From the NCBI GenBank assembly GCA_013265495.1, contig MU057632.1, forward strand, positions 790,054 to 854,053: a stretch of DNA of 64,000 nt, in the 5' to 3' direction. This DNA is from Vicugna vicugna (Eukaryota). Positions within the stretch are counted from its first letter, which is position 1. Every line of letters begins with the position of its first letter. A program made the position numbers and the translations under genes. Under the pieces are notes generated by a model. That model was not told the origin of the DNA. It did not search any database and saw nothing but the letters and a program-made list of their open reading frames with translations. Below are positions 27,501 through 39,463 of the stretch, piece after piece.

Positions 27501-30500
27501 CTACTCCCACTATTCATTTAGTCCTTTAAAACATTTTCCATAATACTATTTTAAATTGAAATTAATGTGGGTACTTATACTTTGAAATAAGGTTTATTTA
27601 TTTCAATAAGATTCACACTGTTAAGTTTTAGGGAGGAACTGACATTCTCTTAGGCCTCGCATTTCCAAGTGGAGGGAAATCCCTTTAAGTCACGCTTCCT
27701 GCCCCTCTCTCCACCCCACAGAAGGAGGAGTGGGGACTCTGTTAAAAGAATCAAGCACAGGTGATTTAGTCCTTTCCGGAGTCCTTCCTCCAAATCAGTC
27801 TGCTGGCAAACAGCCAACACTGCGGCAAATCAACCGATAAAACAGCCTTTAGATGGAGGCCTGAGCCTGTGGGAGGAGCCTCTGGAGGTTCAGAAAACTT
27901 GGCTGATGGTGCAGGGAGTGATCAGCGAGCCTTCAGACCTGAGGTCGTAGCTCCTGACCCTGTTCATTATGTTTATGGTGGTAACTAGAGCTCCCACCTT
28001 CCAGTTCACAATCAGACACAAACTGGGGGGCAGAAAACAGGGGTGTTTTTAAGTCCCCCCCTAAGTCCCCAAACTGAGCATTTACTAAGTAAAAAATAAT
28101 AATGCTATCAAAGGAGGCAGCAGGGATGAATCGGGTGTGATCACTGCCCTCAAGGAGTACAATACAGTGGAAGAAACACATGACTAAGTAAGATACAGTG
28201 GGTTTTAATAGACACATACAGCGTTACCTGGGCCCAGAAAAGAAAGTGAATAATTCTAAGTGGGAGGAAAAAAAAAAGGAAGCATGTGGGGGAGTCAGGG
28301 GGAGAGGTTAAGAAAAGCTTGCAAAAGATACAGTTATTTGACCTCCCTTTTTGAAGAATGAGTAGAATTTTTAGGCAGACAACAAAGGAAAGAGGGTACT
28401 TTAAGAGAAAGAAAACTTGAGACAAAAACTAATAAAGACGATGAACAGAGCTCATGAGAAATTAACCGGGTGAGAGGGACACCGGAAGTGGGGAGGGTGA
28501 GAGCATCGTCAAGGGGAGGGATCGTTTCTTAGGAGATTCTCAAAGGAAAAGCGAGAGGATTTACTGTCTCATTGAATGAGAAGGAGACATGCTTCCCGAT
28601 TACGTGGGCAGTTACATGTCAAAGCCACCCAACCAGGGGGAAACTGAGGAAGAGAAAGCACTTTGCTGAAAAAGGATGCAAGGGGAGATAGTGAATGTGA
28701 TTCAGACACATAGATGTACACGGGGTTTGGAAAGCACCTAGAAATTTAAAACGAGTTTGCAGCGAAGTTCTGACCTGGTCAGTGACAGTGGTGTGAGGTC
28801 CTCATTACATAAAGAGTGGGAACTTTTGATAGCAATATAATTTCAGAGGTGGAATAAGTTTCGTCAGAGGATGAAAACTGAGGATGAAGGTAAGAGAATG
28901 CATGTTTTATGAGACAGGGGCCTAGGGGAAGGAAGCCTGCTGAAGGAGGCTGTCGCAGCACAGAGGCACCAGGAGACTTGCAGAGGGCGCTTAAGAAAGG
29001 AGAGGTTCAGGAGGCAGGGTGGTGAATGTAAAAGGTTGTAAGATGCTTCTGGATGATTAGGGAGTTGTGTCCTTGGTGGTGGGGTTTTAGCACAGTGGTG
29101 GGGCAGTGGGAGGGAGTAGGCATCAGGTTGCAGGGTTCACCGGGAAGTAAAAAACGGAGGCAGTAAGTGTAGACTACTCTTTGGTGAGCCTTTAGTAGAG
29201 CTATGATTTCCCTAAAGGGTCAGGGGAGAAGACATCACATCCAAGGAAAGCAATCATTCTTCTGTGGCTTTAAAAATCAGAGTTTCTCGACATTTAAACA
29301 AGATTCTGTTTTAAAACCTGGGAGAGGATAGGTTAACAACAGGCTGTCACTCACTCCTTCCCCAACAGGGAACAGAAAGGGGACTGATGCCCTCACGCTG
29401 ACCCTGATATGGAGGAAGGAAAGTACAATGACCTTGACTAGACCTCCTCAGAAACAGGCAGGGGTACTTGCTAGTGAAAGGATAAAAGAGAAAGAGTCCT
29501 CATCCGACAGATGTCTTCAGTAGGATGAACTGGTCTTTCTAGATCTCCCACTATCAATAAACCCAACATTTCTTGACTTAACGGGCCATGACTGGATTGG
29601 GTTACTACTAACGATTTTTGCTATTTGTGTCATCAAAAGAACATGATGGAGGGGCTCAAACATGGAACTGACTTCCTTTGCAAACAGGGCTTCCAACACG
29701 GGCCCCTCTCAATATTCATCTGTTAACCTGGACCAAGTCACCCTAATGGGGGAGAAAAGGGGGCTCTGGTGGTTTTAGAATCCTTCGGGAAAAGAATATA
29801 CTACCCACGCCTGGCGCTCCTTTATCCTGGAGTCACTAGTGAGTGTGGTGTTGGGGACTGAGTCTGCTTTAATGATTTCATTCCTAGTGTATCAACACAG
29901 AACTTGGTCTGCTTTAAAAGTTAGTGAGGATACTTCAAAAAAGGCATTAAGTAGTTATATGTAAAGCATATAAATGTTCATCCAAATGGTTCAGAATCAG
30001 CAAATGGTTTAATTCTAATAGGTTAGAGGCTGTGGAAATATGTGACTACTTCAAGAAGAAGAAATAACGTTTTTAACACCTTTTCTCTAACATTTTATCT
30101 ACTATGTAAATATCAGGCATTAAGCAGCTCTCCGGTCAACCAGAAAAATTAAGTAATCTGGGAAACTCCTGAAGCTTCCCTCTTCCTACTCACTTCATGT
30201 TCTGTCTGGGGACTTCTAGGTGCACCTTCCAAAGAGAACAAAGTCCCCATCCTGTTACGTCCTGTCTCAAAGCCGCCCAGAGGTGTGTGCACAAGAGGGC
30301 AACTACAGCTCATGCAATTGTCCTGATGAAAACTTCTCTCACTTTATTTCCTTCTTGACAAGAAAGTGACCCCAACAAATTAAAGATCATTCATAACACG
30401 AATCCCTGTCCTCTGTCATTTTTTAAGGGCAACATTTCTTGTTATTCAATACACAGAGTGAATATAGGTCTCGATCATATTTTTTCTTCTTCTATCGAAG

Positions 30501-30677
30501 AGTACTCAGCCTTCACTATGACCCGTAAAATAACTGTGGTCAGACTGTCTGCAGGCTGACCTGTTTGAAGAGTGCTATCTGAGAGATTAAATTCACCAAT
30601 GCACAGATTTGTGAGCTCTATGGTCTCAGCGTAACAAGAAAACACATGCCAAGTGGGCTTCGGTATAAGGATAAAAT

Positions 30678-30888
30678 TGTGCTGTCCAATATGGCAGTCA
30701 CAGACCAGGCACTGTGACAAAAGGAATGCAAAAGGTCTCGCTAACAGGTGTTAACTGACTAGATGTTAAAATGGTAGTATTTCAGATATCTACTAAAGTT
30801 TTAACGTTGATCTCCCTTTTTTAACATGGCAAGCAGAAAATTTAAAATTATGCATGTGGCTCAAATTACATTTCTGCTAGACAGTATC
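30678..30888. mobile_element. MER33/MER3-like hAT-Charlie MITE
   Basis: gctgtccaatatggcag at the left end and aaaatttaaaattatgcatgtggctcaaattacatttctgctagacag at the right end (degenerate terminal inverted repeats). Confidence 0.58.
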
Positions 30889-32317
30889 AATCTAGATGCT
30901 ATTCAGAATGTCAGGGTGGTGTTATAGTCACAAGATTCCACTGACTTGAGCAATTCTATCCTTACAATTCTGACCAGAGACATCTAAAGAAATAATAAAA
31001 ACTAAAAAAAAAAATGGAAAAGTATGTTTCTTGCTACTCTTGTATTAATTTTTTTTGGGGGGGATATGTAATAAAAGAGAATAATGAAACAATTTCCATT
31101 GTGATTTTAGAAGAGACTGTAGTCATGTCAATCAAAATTTCTATTATAAATGTAAAGGAATACAAAATATAAGTTAGACTCCATTGTTTTCTTACAAATT
31201 TTGCAAATATAAGAGAAAATTAAATTGTACATTTTTGTACATTTGTAGATTTTTTTAGTAGATTTTAATGAAGACACTAAACATGAGTATGCCTACCTGT
31301 ACCTATTACTCAAATCTAGAAATAAACATCTCATAAATAAATGAATTGACTCAGACTAGAGAGACTGCTAAAGAAAAGCTTTAAGCAGCCTTTGAAGAAG
31401 AGGAAAAGTAGGTTACATTAGCGCAACTGAATGTTTTTCTTCAGGATTTGTAAGGCGGTAGCATGCATATTTCCAGCGAATGACTTCTAATCGAAAAGAG
31501 ATAACAATCATAACAGACTACTCATTATAACCAAGTTTGCTGGAATAGAAAGTTCCAGCACAATGGAAAAATTAGCTGCTCAAAATTAGGAGAGAATAAT
31601 ACATAATCATGGAATACTTTCACATTAAAATAAGAATTATTTATTAATCATTTAAAAGCCTTAAGCAAAATTATATATGGGTGTATAAAATGTGCATTTA
31701 TTTTTGTAAGGCACCAGAAAATCTGTGATAAATATACCACTCTTGGGTTGTCAAAATATAATTTAACGCATAACGTGATCTAGACCAAAGAGGAAGTTGA
31801 TTAAAAAATGAATACAGATGCACAAGGGAAGTACTCTGTTTAAATCAAATGAGCATTTTGAGCTTATGGAAGATTGTTGTTAAACTTACAAAGACTATTT
31901 ATCGGTGGAACTAACAGGAAAGTGATCACCCCTTTCAGATTACTCACTGGACCTTCCGACAATATCAGCATACTGAGGGCTCCCTGAGCGGGTGTAAATA
32001 AAACCGCTGAACAGCAACCAAAGGGAGGAGCGGCAGCCAAAAGCAGTTACAAATCACAGCACACCGTGTGCAGCAACATCCATGGAAATATGTGTATGTG
32101 TCCCCTCGGGCGCATCCACGTACACATATCTCTACGCAGATGTGCACAGTAAGGGCGCGGGGCGGGGTGAGCAGAGATGTTGACAGTCAGCAAAGTGGAC
32201 GCAGATGAACACACCTGGGAGACTCACATGAGACAACACAAAGTGATTGGGTAGAAAGAGAAAAAAAAAGGCACCAGTACAAAATGACAGGAAATTAAGA
32301 AAGTCTTTATTGTATAC

Positions 32318-32407
32318 CTTTCTCGTTCTGGTGAATGCAAACTAGTGTCTGGTCTCAAGCAGTTGGTGCTAGCACTCCTAGCCCTGTCAAGGGAGGGTTG
32401 CAGGTCA
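32318..32407 (-). CDS. RIMS1: RIMS1 exon (90 nt): DLQPSLDRARSASTNCLRPDTSLHSPERE
   Basis: actag|T GAC CTG CAA CCC...CGA GAA AG|gtatac; lies in ORF 32224..32505; phase 2-2. Confidence 0.93.
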
Positions 32408-32881
32408 CTAGTGCATGCATCCAGGGGTAGAAGAGAAAGACAGAGAAAACAGAGAAAGGAAGACCGTGTTAGAGTCAAGCATACAGTCCTGCCCCCTTTC
32501 CACAACGTGCAGAATCCCTGCGGTTCGGTTCATCGGGGTGGGAGAGGGCTGACAGGCAGACAGTGCTGACGTTTGTTTAGAACATGAAACTAAACAAAGA
32601 TTATGCTTGGATGGCTTTGCATAATTTCATTTTTAAAAGGGTCTCAGACTGAAAAAAAAATGAGACTAAATCACTAGGTATGAAATAAACAGAAGAAACA
32701 TAAAATAAAACTGGATCACGGAAAGCACTAAAACAAAATGCCTAGAACTTCGTTACCGAGAACGGATGCCACACCAAAACAAAATGAAGGACAGCAGAGG
32801 AGAAGAGTCATATGGCTCGACTGCTTTGGTTCACAACACCAGACGAGGGAAGTGGAAGGAACGACTTCCAAACGTTCTTAC

Positions 32882-32992
32882 CCAACCGATATTTCATTGG
32901 TAAATCTCAGTACTCTCGAGGGAAAGCACTGATGAAGGGGAGAGTCCTGTCTAGTCACTGCTTTGCTGTTAGTACGTGCAGGCAGAACTGAG
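32882..32992 (-). CDS. RIMS1: RIMS1 cassette exon (111 nt): (S)SVLPARTNSKAVTRQDSPLHQCFPSRVLRFTNEISV
   Basis: tgaag|C TCA GTT CTG CCT...TCG GTT GG|gtaaga; open frame, phase 2-2; homologous to but diverged from the human segment as I recall it. Confidence 0.8.
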
Positions 32993-33334
32993 CTTCACAA
33001 AGCAAAATCATCCAGAAATAAAATAATATAAAATTAATCATTGTAATGAAAATCAACAAGTGAAACAACAAATAGACGACAAAGAAGACAACAGCTAGAA
33101 GTCTGGTCTTTGAGTGAGGAGATTCCACTTAGATGTTCTACACTAGCTTTTATAATTAATATTCTAGATGAGGTTTTATAATTAAAACTATTTTTAGACA
33201 TCATGAATGTTTCTCTGTGTATAATTAATTTTAAGAGGAGATGCTAATGCTCTATTGGAATGTAAATCGTTATTTTTAGTAGGGAAGGGATTAGGGGTTA
33301 GTTTATAACTGGGGCTCACTGTTAAGACTCTTAC

Positions 33335-33412
33335 CTGTAAATATTCCAGTGAGAACAGTTCTCTAATAAAGGCATCTTGGGCGGTAATGTTTTATAGCGC
33401 CTAACAAGATGT
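33335..33412 (-). CDS. RIMS1: RIMS1 cassette exon (78 nt): (R)HLVRRYKTLPPKMPLLENCSHWNIY
   Basis: tccag|A CAT CTT GTT AGG...ATT TAC AG|gtaaga; lies in ORF 33331..33600; phase 2-2. Confidence 0.9.
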
Positions 33413-34529
33413 CTGGACGTGGCAACACAGACACGCAGGAAACAGAAAAATATATAGGAAGCAAATCTGATTAGGATATGAAAAAAGCAGGAAGCTATAA
33501 AGCTACAAATACAGATGGAGCTTTTGCTTTTTTTTTTTCTCTCAGAAGAACCACAATAAAGAGGTCGGATTAGAACGATTAAATATGAAATCACAGACAT
33601 GTTTTCAGTTAAGATAAAGATTCAAAAGTTTCCTAGCCTTCATCAGAAAAAAAAAGCTGCTAACTGCAGGTGATAAATTAACCAACATGAAATTCATTAT
33701 TTGATCCCTGATTTAATATCATACCTGCTTCTATGGAAGGAACAACACATAGCTAAGAGTGTGATTCAAATGATTTATGTAATCAGGGAATTAAAATGTG
33801 ACTAGAAGTTAACATTCTAGTAACAAGCAAAATGTGGGCCAGCGTTGCAGGGCTGAGGCTGATGCTGGTACCAACCATGGTGAAGGGGTGCCTGCCGGGG
33901 AGTGAGTTCTTTCCACTGATCAGCTTCTGAATACAGACCCAACATCAGGTAACGTTAATCATCAAAACTTGGGTGAGAAGGGCATTGGCTATGAACCAGA
34001 ATATGAATTCTGATCTGGCAGAAGGTGGCAGACACGAGGCCCGGCATCCTCTGAATTCCTTTAGGGCCTATGTGGGCTCCTGGGCTGTCTGTGCCACCAA
34101 GGGCAAGGCAGGTCCTGTCAATTAATTTTTTGATAATTTAATAATGTCTCCACAAACTGAGCTGTTGATAATGAAAATCTACTGTCCATTTTGGCTTACA
34201 TTATAGCATGATAAATTGGGAAAGGAATAAACATTTGCGGAGGACATACAAAGACTCAAATACCCCACGGGTTCACTCGTGTTTATAGTAATGGTTGAAT
34301 CAGGGAATCTTTTAAAGCTTTGGTTTAAAAATGAGTGCCATATCTGAGCACAGATGGAGGACGTCTTCAGTGAAGCAAAGGATTCAGTCTGCTTTCCAGA
34401 CAGTAAGTTCCAACTCCTAAGCTTCGGCAGCCATCTTCAGCAAAAGGCTGCTCTGTAACTTTTCTAAACAATTGGTTCAAACGTGATTTTCTTTTGGAAA
34501 CACTCTAATTGGGGTCAGCATAGAACAGG

Positions 34530-34730
34530 AAACAGGGGAAAGAGCACGCAGTTTATAGTATGAAGGTCCACGTTCCTGTCTTGGCTTTGCCATTTATTGG
34601 CTATAGCCTGGGTAATTCAAGTCACGTCTTTTTCTACATCCAGATCTGGAGGAAATAATGATCCTTAACAGGGATGCTGTGAGGGTTAAATGAGACACAG
34701 GTACAGAATATCTAGGATGTAGGAAGGCAG
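34530..34730 (+). mobile_element. MIR SINE
   Basis: ataatgatccttaacagggatgctgtgagggttaaatgaga core. Confidence 0.52.
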
Positions 34731-35014
34731 CCACAGCATCTTCTGTACAACACCACTTTCTCAGGACATGTACTAAAAACAGCATTTGATGATGATAATC
34801 ATGAGGAGGAAAATGAATTAAATAATAGGAGACAGATTCCTTTAGCACAGGACTTTCATATGCTGTGCAAAGAAAATCTCCAGGGAGTGGCTAATTCATT
34901 TGCAAAGTCTCCAAAAATCTGTTTGACTCAGAAGCTCTTTTATGGGTCGAACTTTGCACAGGACCAGCTCCTTAGAAATACATTTTTGGAAGAATTAATT
35001 TAATGGGAAACATC

Positions 35015-35190
35015 AAAGAGACCTGACTTTGAATCCTTGCTCTGTTACCTATCAAATTAAACTTTCTGAGCATCTTTCCTCATCTGGAAAATGAGGATGA
35101 TAATATTCATATCATACAGTTATTGTCAGAAAGTTGAGATAAAATACATGAAATGATTAACTCTGTGCTTGGTACTCAATGAATGTTACT
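35015..35190 (+). mobile_element. MIR SINE
   Basis: ttgaatccttgctctg...tctgagcatctttcctcatctggaaaatgaggatgataata core. Confidence 0.58.
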
Positions 35191-36280
35191 TTCCTTGTTT
35201 TATTGGAAAGTAGTAAATCCACAGATTTTATTCTTAAAAGTCCTACGTGAATATAAGAATGACAGGATGGATTCTGAAGGTAAGACTGCACAAAATGATG
35301 AAACTACTAGCTTATTATATTGTGCATGTCCTGGTAATTTACCTTGAGAAGTAGAATAGAAGGGAAAGAAAAACAGTATTATTTAGTGATTCTATTTAGA
35401 TGACTGGGGTGGTATGTTCAAAACATGCACACACTGAGGGCCAGGGACATACCAGGTGCCTGATGAATATCAAGTTTTGTTTTGTTTTTGTTTTATAGTT
35501 GTAGTCACAACAACTTTCTGAATCTAAACAAATCATTCCTCTTCCCCGTTTGTCAGGACAACGAATACTAAGGCTGGAGGCCTTAGATCGTAAAGGATTT
35601 GAGCTGATTTTTACAATGGTTATGATTTTATGTATTTTCCCCCAGTTTGCAAATGGAACTGACATTCCTCTTTTTCCCTGTGGCAACTGCAGTAATTGAC
35701 ACCAGGACTGCTTTCTACGTGTGAAAAGTTCGTTCTTATTAGCACGTTGGATTCCTGAGCAGGAGCACGTGTCCACATAGATGCAAGAAGCCCTGTATCT
35801 TTCCCTGTACCACAGGGTTTCCAGGGGTGGCTCATTCTTTCTCTTTCTTATTGACGTTTTATTGGCCAAAATATCCAAAAGAGTTTATCTGTGTGTTGAT
35901 TTGTTTTTCCTTCTATGAAGTCCGCATGGACAAGGAACCTGCACAGACTGAGTTCTCTGAGTAATTTGCAAGAGGATTTATTTGGGATACAAGATCTCAG
36001 ATGGAATTAGATGGAAATAAAGCATTAGGTCCTAAGCTCCAATTTAGAGGAGAATATTATTTCCTCTTTCTGTCTCATCTTTCAAGAAGCATCGTATTGT
36101 TACATGGCTTTCTGAGAAAGTCTGTCCTGTGGCATTTCTGACCTGAGGGGTACGGGGCATGAAGGAAGGGAGGGTTTAGGTATTAACAGGGCAAACATCC
36201 TCATTCTTTATCAGGAAGGAAGCTGATTTTCAACTATTAAAAATGAACCAGTAAAGCTCTGAATAACAGCAAACAGAACA

Positions 36281-36450
36281 GGGAGGTTATAGCTCAGTGG
36301 TAGAATAAGTACTTAGCATGCACAAGGTCCTGGGTTCAATCCCCAGTATCTCCCTTAAAAAATATAAATAAATAACTAAATAAACCTATCTCCTCTTCAC
36401 AAAAAAAAAAAAACCAAACCCAAAAGTGAATTAAAAAAAAAAAAAGAATC
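36281..36450 (+). mobile_element. Vic-1-type SINE
   Basis: tagctcagtggtaga (A box)...gggttcaatcccc (B box), A-rich tail; TSD agcaaacagaa at 36268 and 36454. Confidence 0.87.
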
Positions 36451-36582
36451 TCAAGCAAACAGAATAAAAACAACAGTAGACTCCGAAAGGAAATTTAAAA
36501 AGGCTAAAACAAAGCAAAACTTAAAATCATGAAAACAATAACCTGCCATGCACAGCAGCTCAGACCTCTGGTGACTAGACAG

Positions 36583-36606
36583 GTGTGTGTGTGTGTGTGT
36601 GTGTGT
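36583..36606. repeat. (GT)n microsatellite
   Basis: Directly visible, ~12 units. Confidence 0.92.
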
Positions 36607-36941
36607 ATGGCGGGGTTGGGGTAAGGGGGTGGCCACTGACCGGGAGCATTTCGAATTTGAATTGCAGAAATCAGTTCCTCTGTGTTTAGGAACATGGAAA
36701 CAGTTCCACGGAGGCTCACCTGTCTCTAGATTTTAAAGAGACAGGTAGAAAAGCAGTCTGCTTGGAACAGAATTCAAAGACATATGCAACCTTTTCCACA
36801 ACCCCCACCTCAAACAGGACCGTTTTTGGATGCTGGGGAAATTGATCTCACGTGTGTGATGCGAGCACTGGGGGAGACAGGGCAGTCGAGTAGGAGGGAA
36901 GTTCAGCACAGACAGTCACCATCAGCAAGCCCCTTGTTTAC

Positions 36942-37004
36942 CTGGTGGTGTGTAGGCATTCTGCACTCCGTCCTCGTTTTGCTCTGGGAAGCATGAGAAG
37001 CTCA
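36942..37004 (-). CDS. RIMS1: RIMS1 exon (63 nt): (S)ELLMLPRAKRGRSAECLHTT
   Basis: tgaag|T GAG CTT CTC ATG CTT...ACC ACC AG|gtaaac; phase 2-2. Confidence 0.93.
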
Positions 37005-38644
37005 CTTCACAGACAGGATGGGTGGCGAGTGAAACAGGGGAGTGATGAGGTGGTACATGACAGGGGGGGCGCCGATGGGATGCCGATGGCAACATGAAAA
37101 GGGAAGAAACCAGATTGTCTGCACTAGCGTATTTGCTTTGAGAGGTTCAACAAAAATAAACATGACAGTCGTTTGAAAAATACCAACCATCAAGTACAAA
37201 CATCATGGTCAAAGTGCTAGCTGGTGCTGATGTGCTACCGTAGTTCACGGTGATTTTTTAGAGTATTAAGACGAAACTGAACTGAACTGAACCTTCCCCA
37301 AATACGACATAGAGCCCAGTTTCCAATTCTAGACACTTGGGTCTCTTCATAAATTTTAAAAGGCATCTGGCCTTTCCGATACTGACGGGGGCCCTAAAAT
37401 GTTATTTCTTTTTAGCCACTCAAAGCATGACTGTTTTCTTGGCTTTCACAGCCACTAAAACTGCAACAACCTATATTATGCTTTTCCTTTACCAACTAAG
37501 AACATACTTGATGAGGAATGTTTTATCTTCAAATTGATCTTTTTCCTACACTCAAATTCATTTGCTGTATTGAATGCCCTGGTTAAGAAGTCATATATAC
37601 ACATTTTTTAGCTCCTCACCTAAATTCATGGTGGCCCCACTGAATGTTGACCAAGAGGCCCTCACTCAACTCAACCCAAGCATGGTGGACTCCTATTCCC
37701 CAGAGCGAGACTCTGTCCCAGGAAGCACCACAACTCCACTGTCTTGAAGGTCATGGTGCCCACCCTCCCGCCACATCAGGGTGACAACTAGGGAAGGAAG
37801 AAACACTGTGTCCCTGGCTATACAGCAAAAAAATCAATCACTGAGTACCACGTCATCCCCTTACTCCTCCCTGAAAGTTTCTCCCCTTCAAAAAGCCAGA
37901 AGAAACTCTTCCATGAGGTGGCTATTTGAAAAACCCCTTATCAGATCCTAAGCTTGTGGTCAGGTATGTTATACAGGGACGTGGTTGGTCTGTGGGCACA
38001 GAGAACAGAGACCTAATGGAGATTCTGAGTCATTGTGTCCAGGAAGTCACTTGTTCACAAATCAGCGCAGCACTAAACCTAAGTACACATCCACCGAAGA
38101 ATCCATTTCAACATTTTGTTACTTTTATCAATATTTTAGGTGAATACATTTTATGAAAAGTCGGTGTACGAAAAAATACTATTATTGAAGTTCTCACAGA
38201 AGCTCTGTAATATTAACTCTTTCAGATGACCTGTGTCCTGAAACTTTTTATTACCTAAAAAACATAATTTTATAATTATATAAATACTAGTCCCCAAGAC
38301 TGCAACCCGTAAAATAGAAAATGTTTGACAATGGATTATGGAGCCCCTTTTCTGTAATTTAACTTAGTATCTAAGCCAACAACAAGGTATACATTGAAAA
38401 CTGGTCAGGCATAAATTTTGATTTTGTAAAAAAAGATGCACATATTATGAGCACATAACATTAGTCAGACATTTCCCAGAGTCGCACTTCTGTTAGAATA
38501 CCTTTACAGTCATTCCTCAGGAGAAGTTCAGTTTTGAACAATGAAACACTGTTACTCTCTAAGGTACTATGCCAAGCTATCATTCACGTGTGAAAACAGA
38601 GCCAAGACGAACGTATAACGCTGAGATCAGAACGGAACAAATAC

Positions 38645-38770
38645 CTGTCTTGTTCTGACAAATACTGACTATCCGCATCTCGGGGTCTGTGATCCACCGG
38701 GCTGCGGGAGGCATCGTGGTGTCTGGTTGGAGAACGTGACCTTCTCGTGGGATGAATTTCATCTAAACTC
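38645..38770 (-). CDS. RIMS1: RIMS1 exon (126 nt): (R)SLDEIHPTRRSRSPTRHHDASRSPVDHRPRDADSQYLSEQD
   Basis: ttcag|G AGT TTA GAT GAA ATT...CAA GAC AG|gtattt; phase 2-2. Confidence 0.95.
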
Positions 38771-39149
38771 CTGAAATGATTTACAAAAATTCACATGCAT
38801 CAAAGAGTATCAGCTTCCCGAAACAGGCTGACGCGCTAACAGGAGAGAATGGACAGTGACTGGCAGACAGCGGACATGGCTGGGAGAGCGCTGGCCTTGT
38901 CACCAAACACCTGTTCTACTCGTATTTATTCCCTACCGTTGCTTTGCCTGCGCTGCATGTCGCCAACCTCCTTTGGCAGCTCATTCAAAAAAGGACCATG
39001 ATTTTCATCTGCAGATTTAATTAAAATTTCCAAAGTGTATCTCCGGGTAAGATGAAATAGAGGATGACATCACACATGTGTTACGTGCTTTTCCAAACAT
39101 TTATACTGCTTCAAAGAGGCAATCCCAAATTTCTTAAAAATACATCCTT

Positions 39150-39463
39150 GGGCAGAGGAAAGGTGTAACTCAGTGGTAGAATGCACGCCTAGCATGTAAC
39201 GAGGTCCTGGGTTCAATCCCGGTATCTTCATTAAAAATAAATAAATAAATAAATACATCTAATTACCTCCCCCCTCCAAAAAAAAAAAGAACAAAACAAA
39301 AATTCTGGGGGCACGGTGGGTACAGCTCAGTGGCAGAGCCTGTGCCTGGCATGCATGAGATCCTGGGTTCAAACCTCAGTGCCTCTGCTAAGGGGGAAAA
39401 ATAAATAATTAAGAAATAATAAAGAAAATTTAAAAATATTAAAAACTACCCAGAAAATTAAAA
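39150..39463 (+). mobile_element. Two tandem Vic-1-type SINE units
   Basis: Heads at ~39155 and ~39315; flanking aaaaatacat(c/t)ct at 39136 and 39464. Confidence 0.82.

Noticed and set aside
35396..35878. 160-aa minus-strand ORF
   Set aside because: Non-ATG start, no similarity to RIM or any family I recognise, and no convincing splice boundaries.
37273..37291. (AACTG)n run resembling a BovB/Art2A tail
   Set aside because: Only about three units with no adjacent RTE-derived body.
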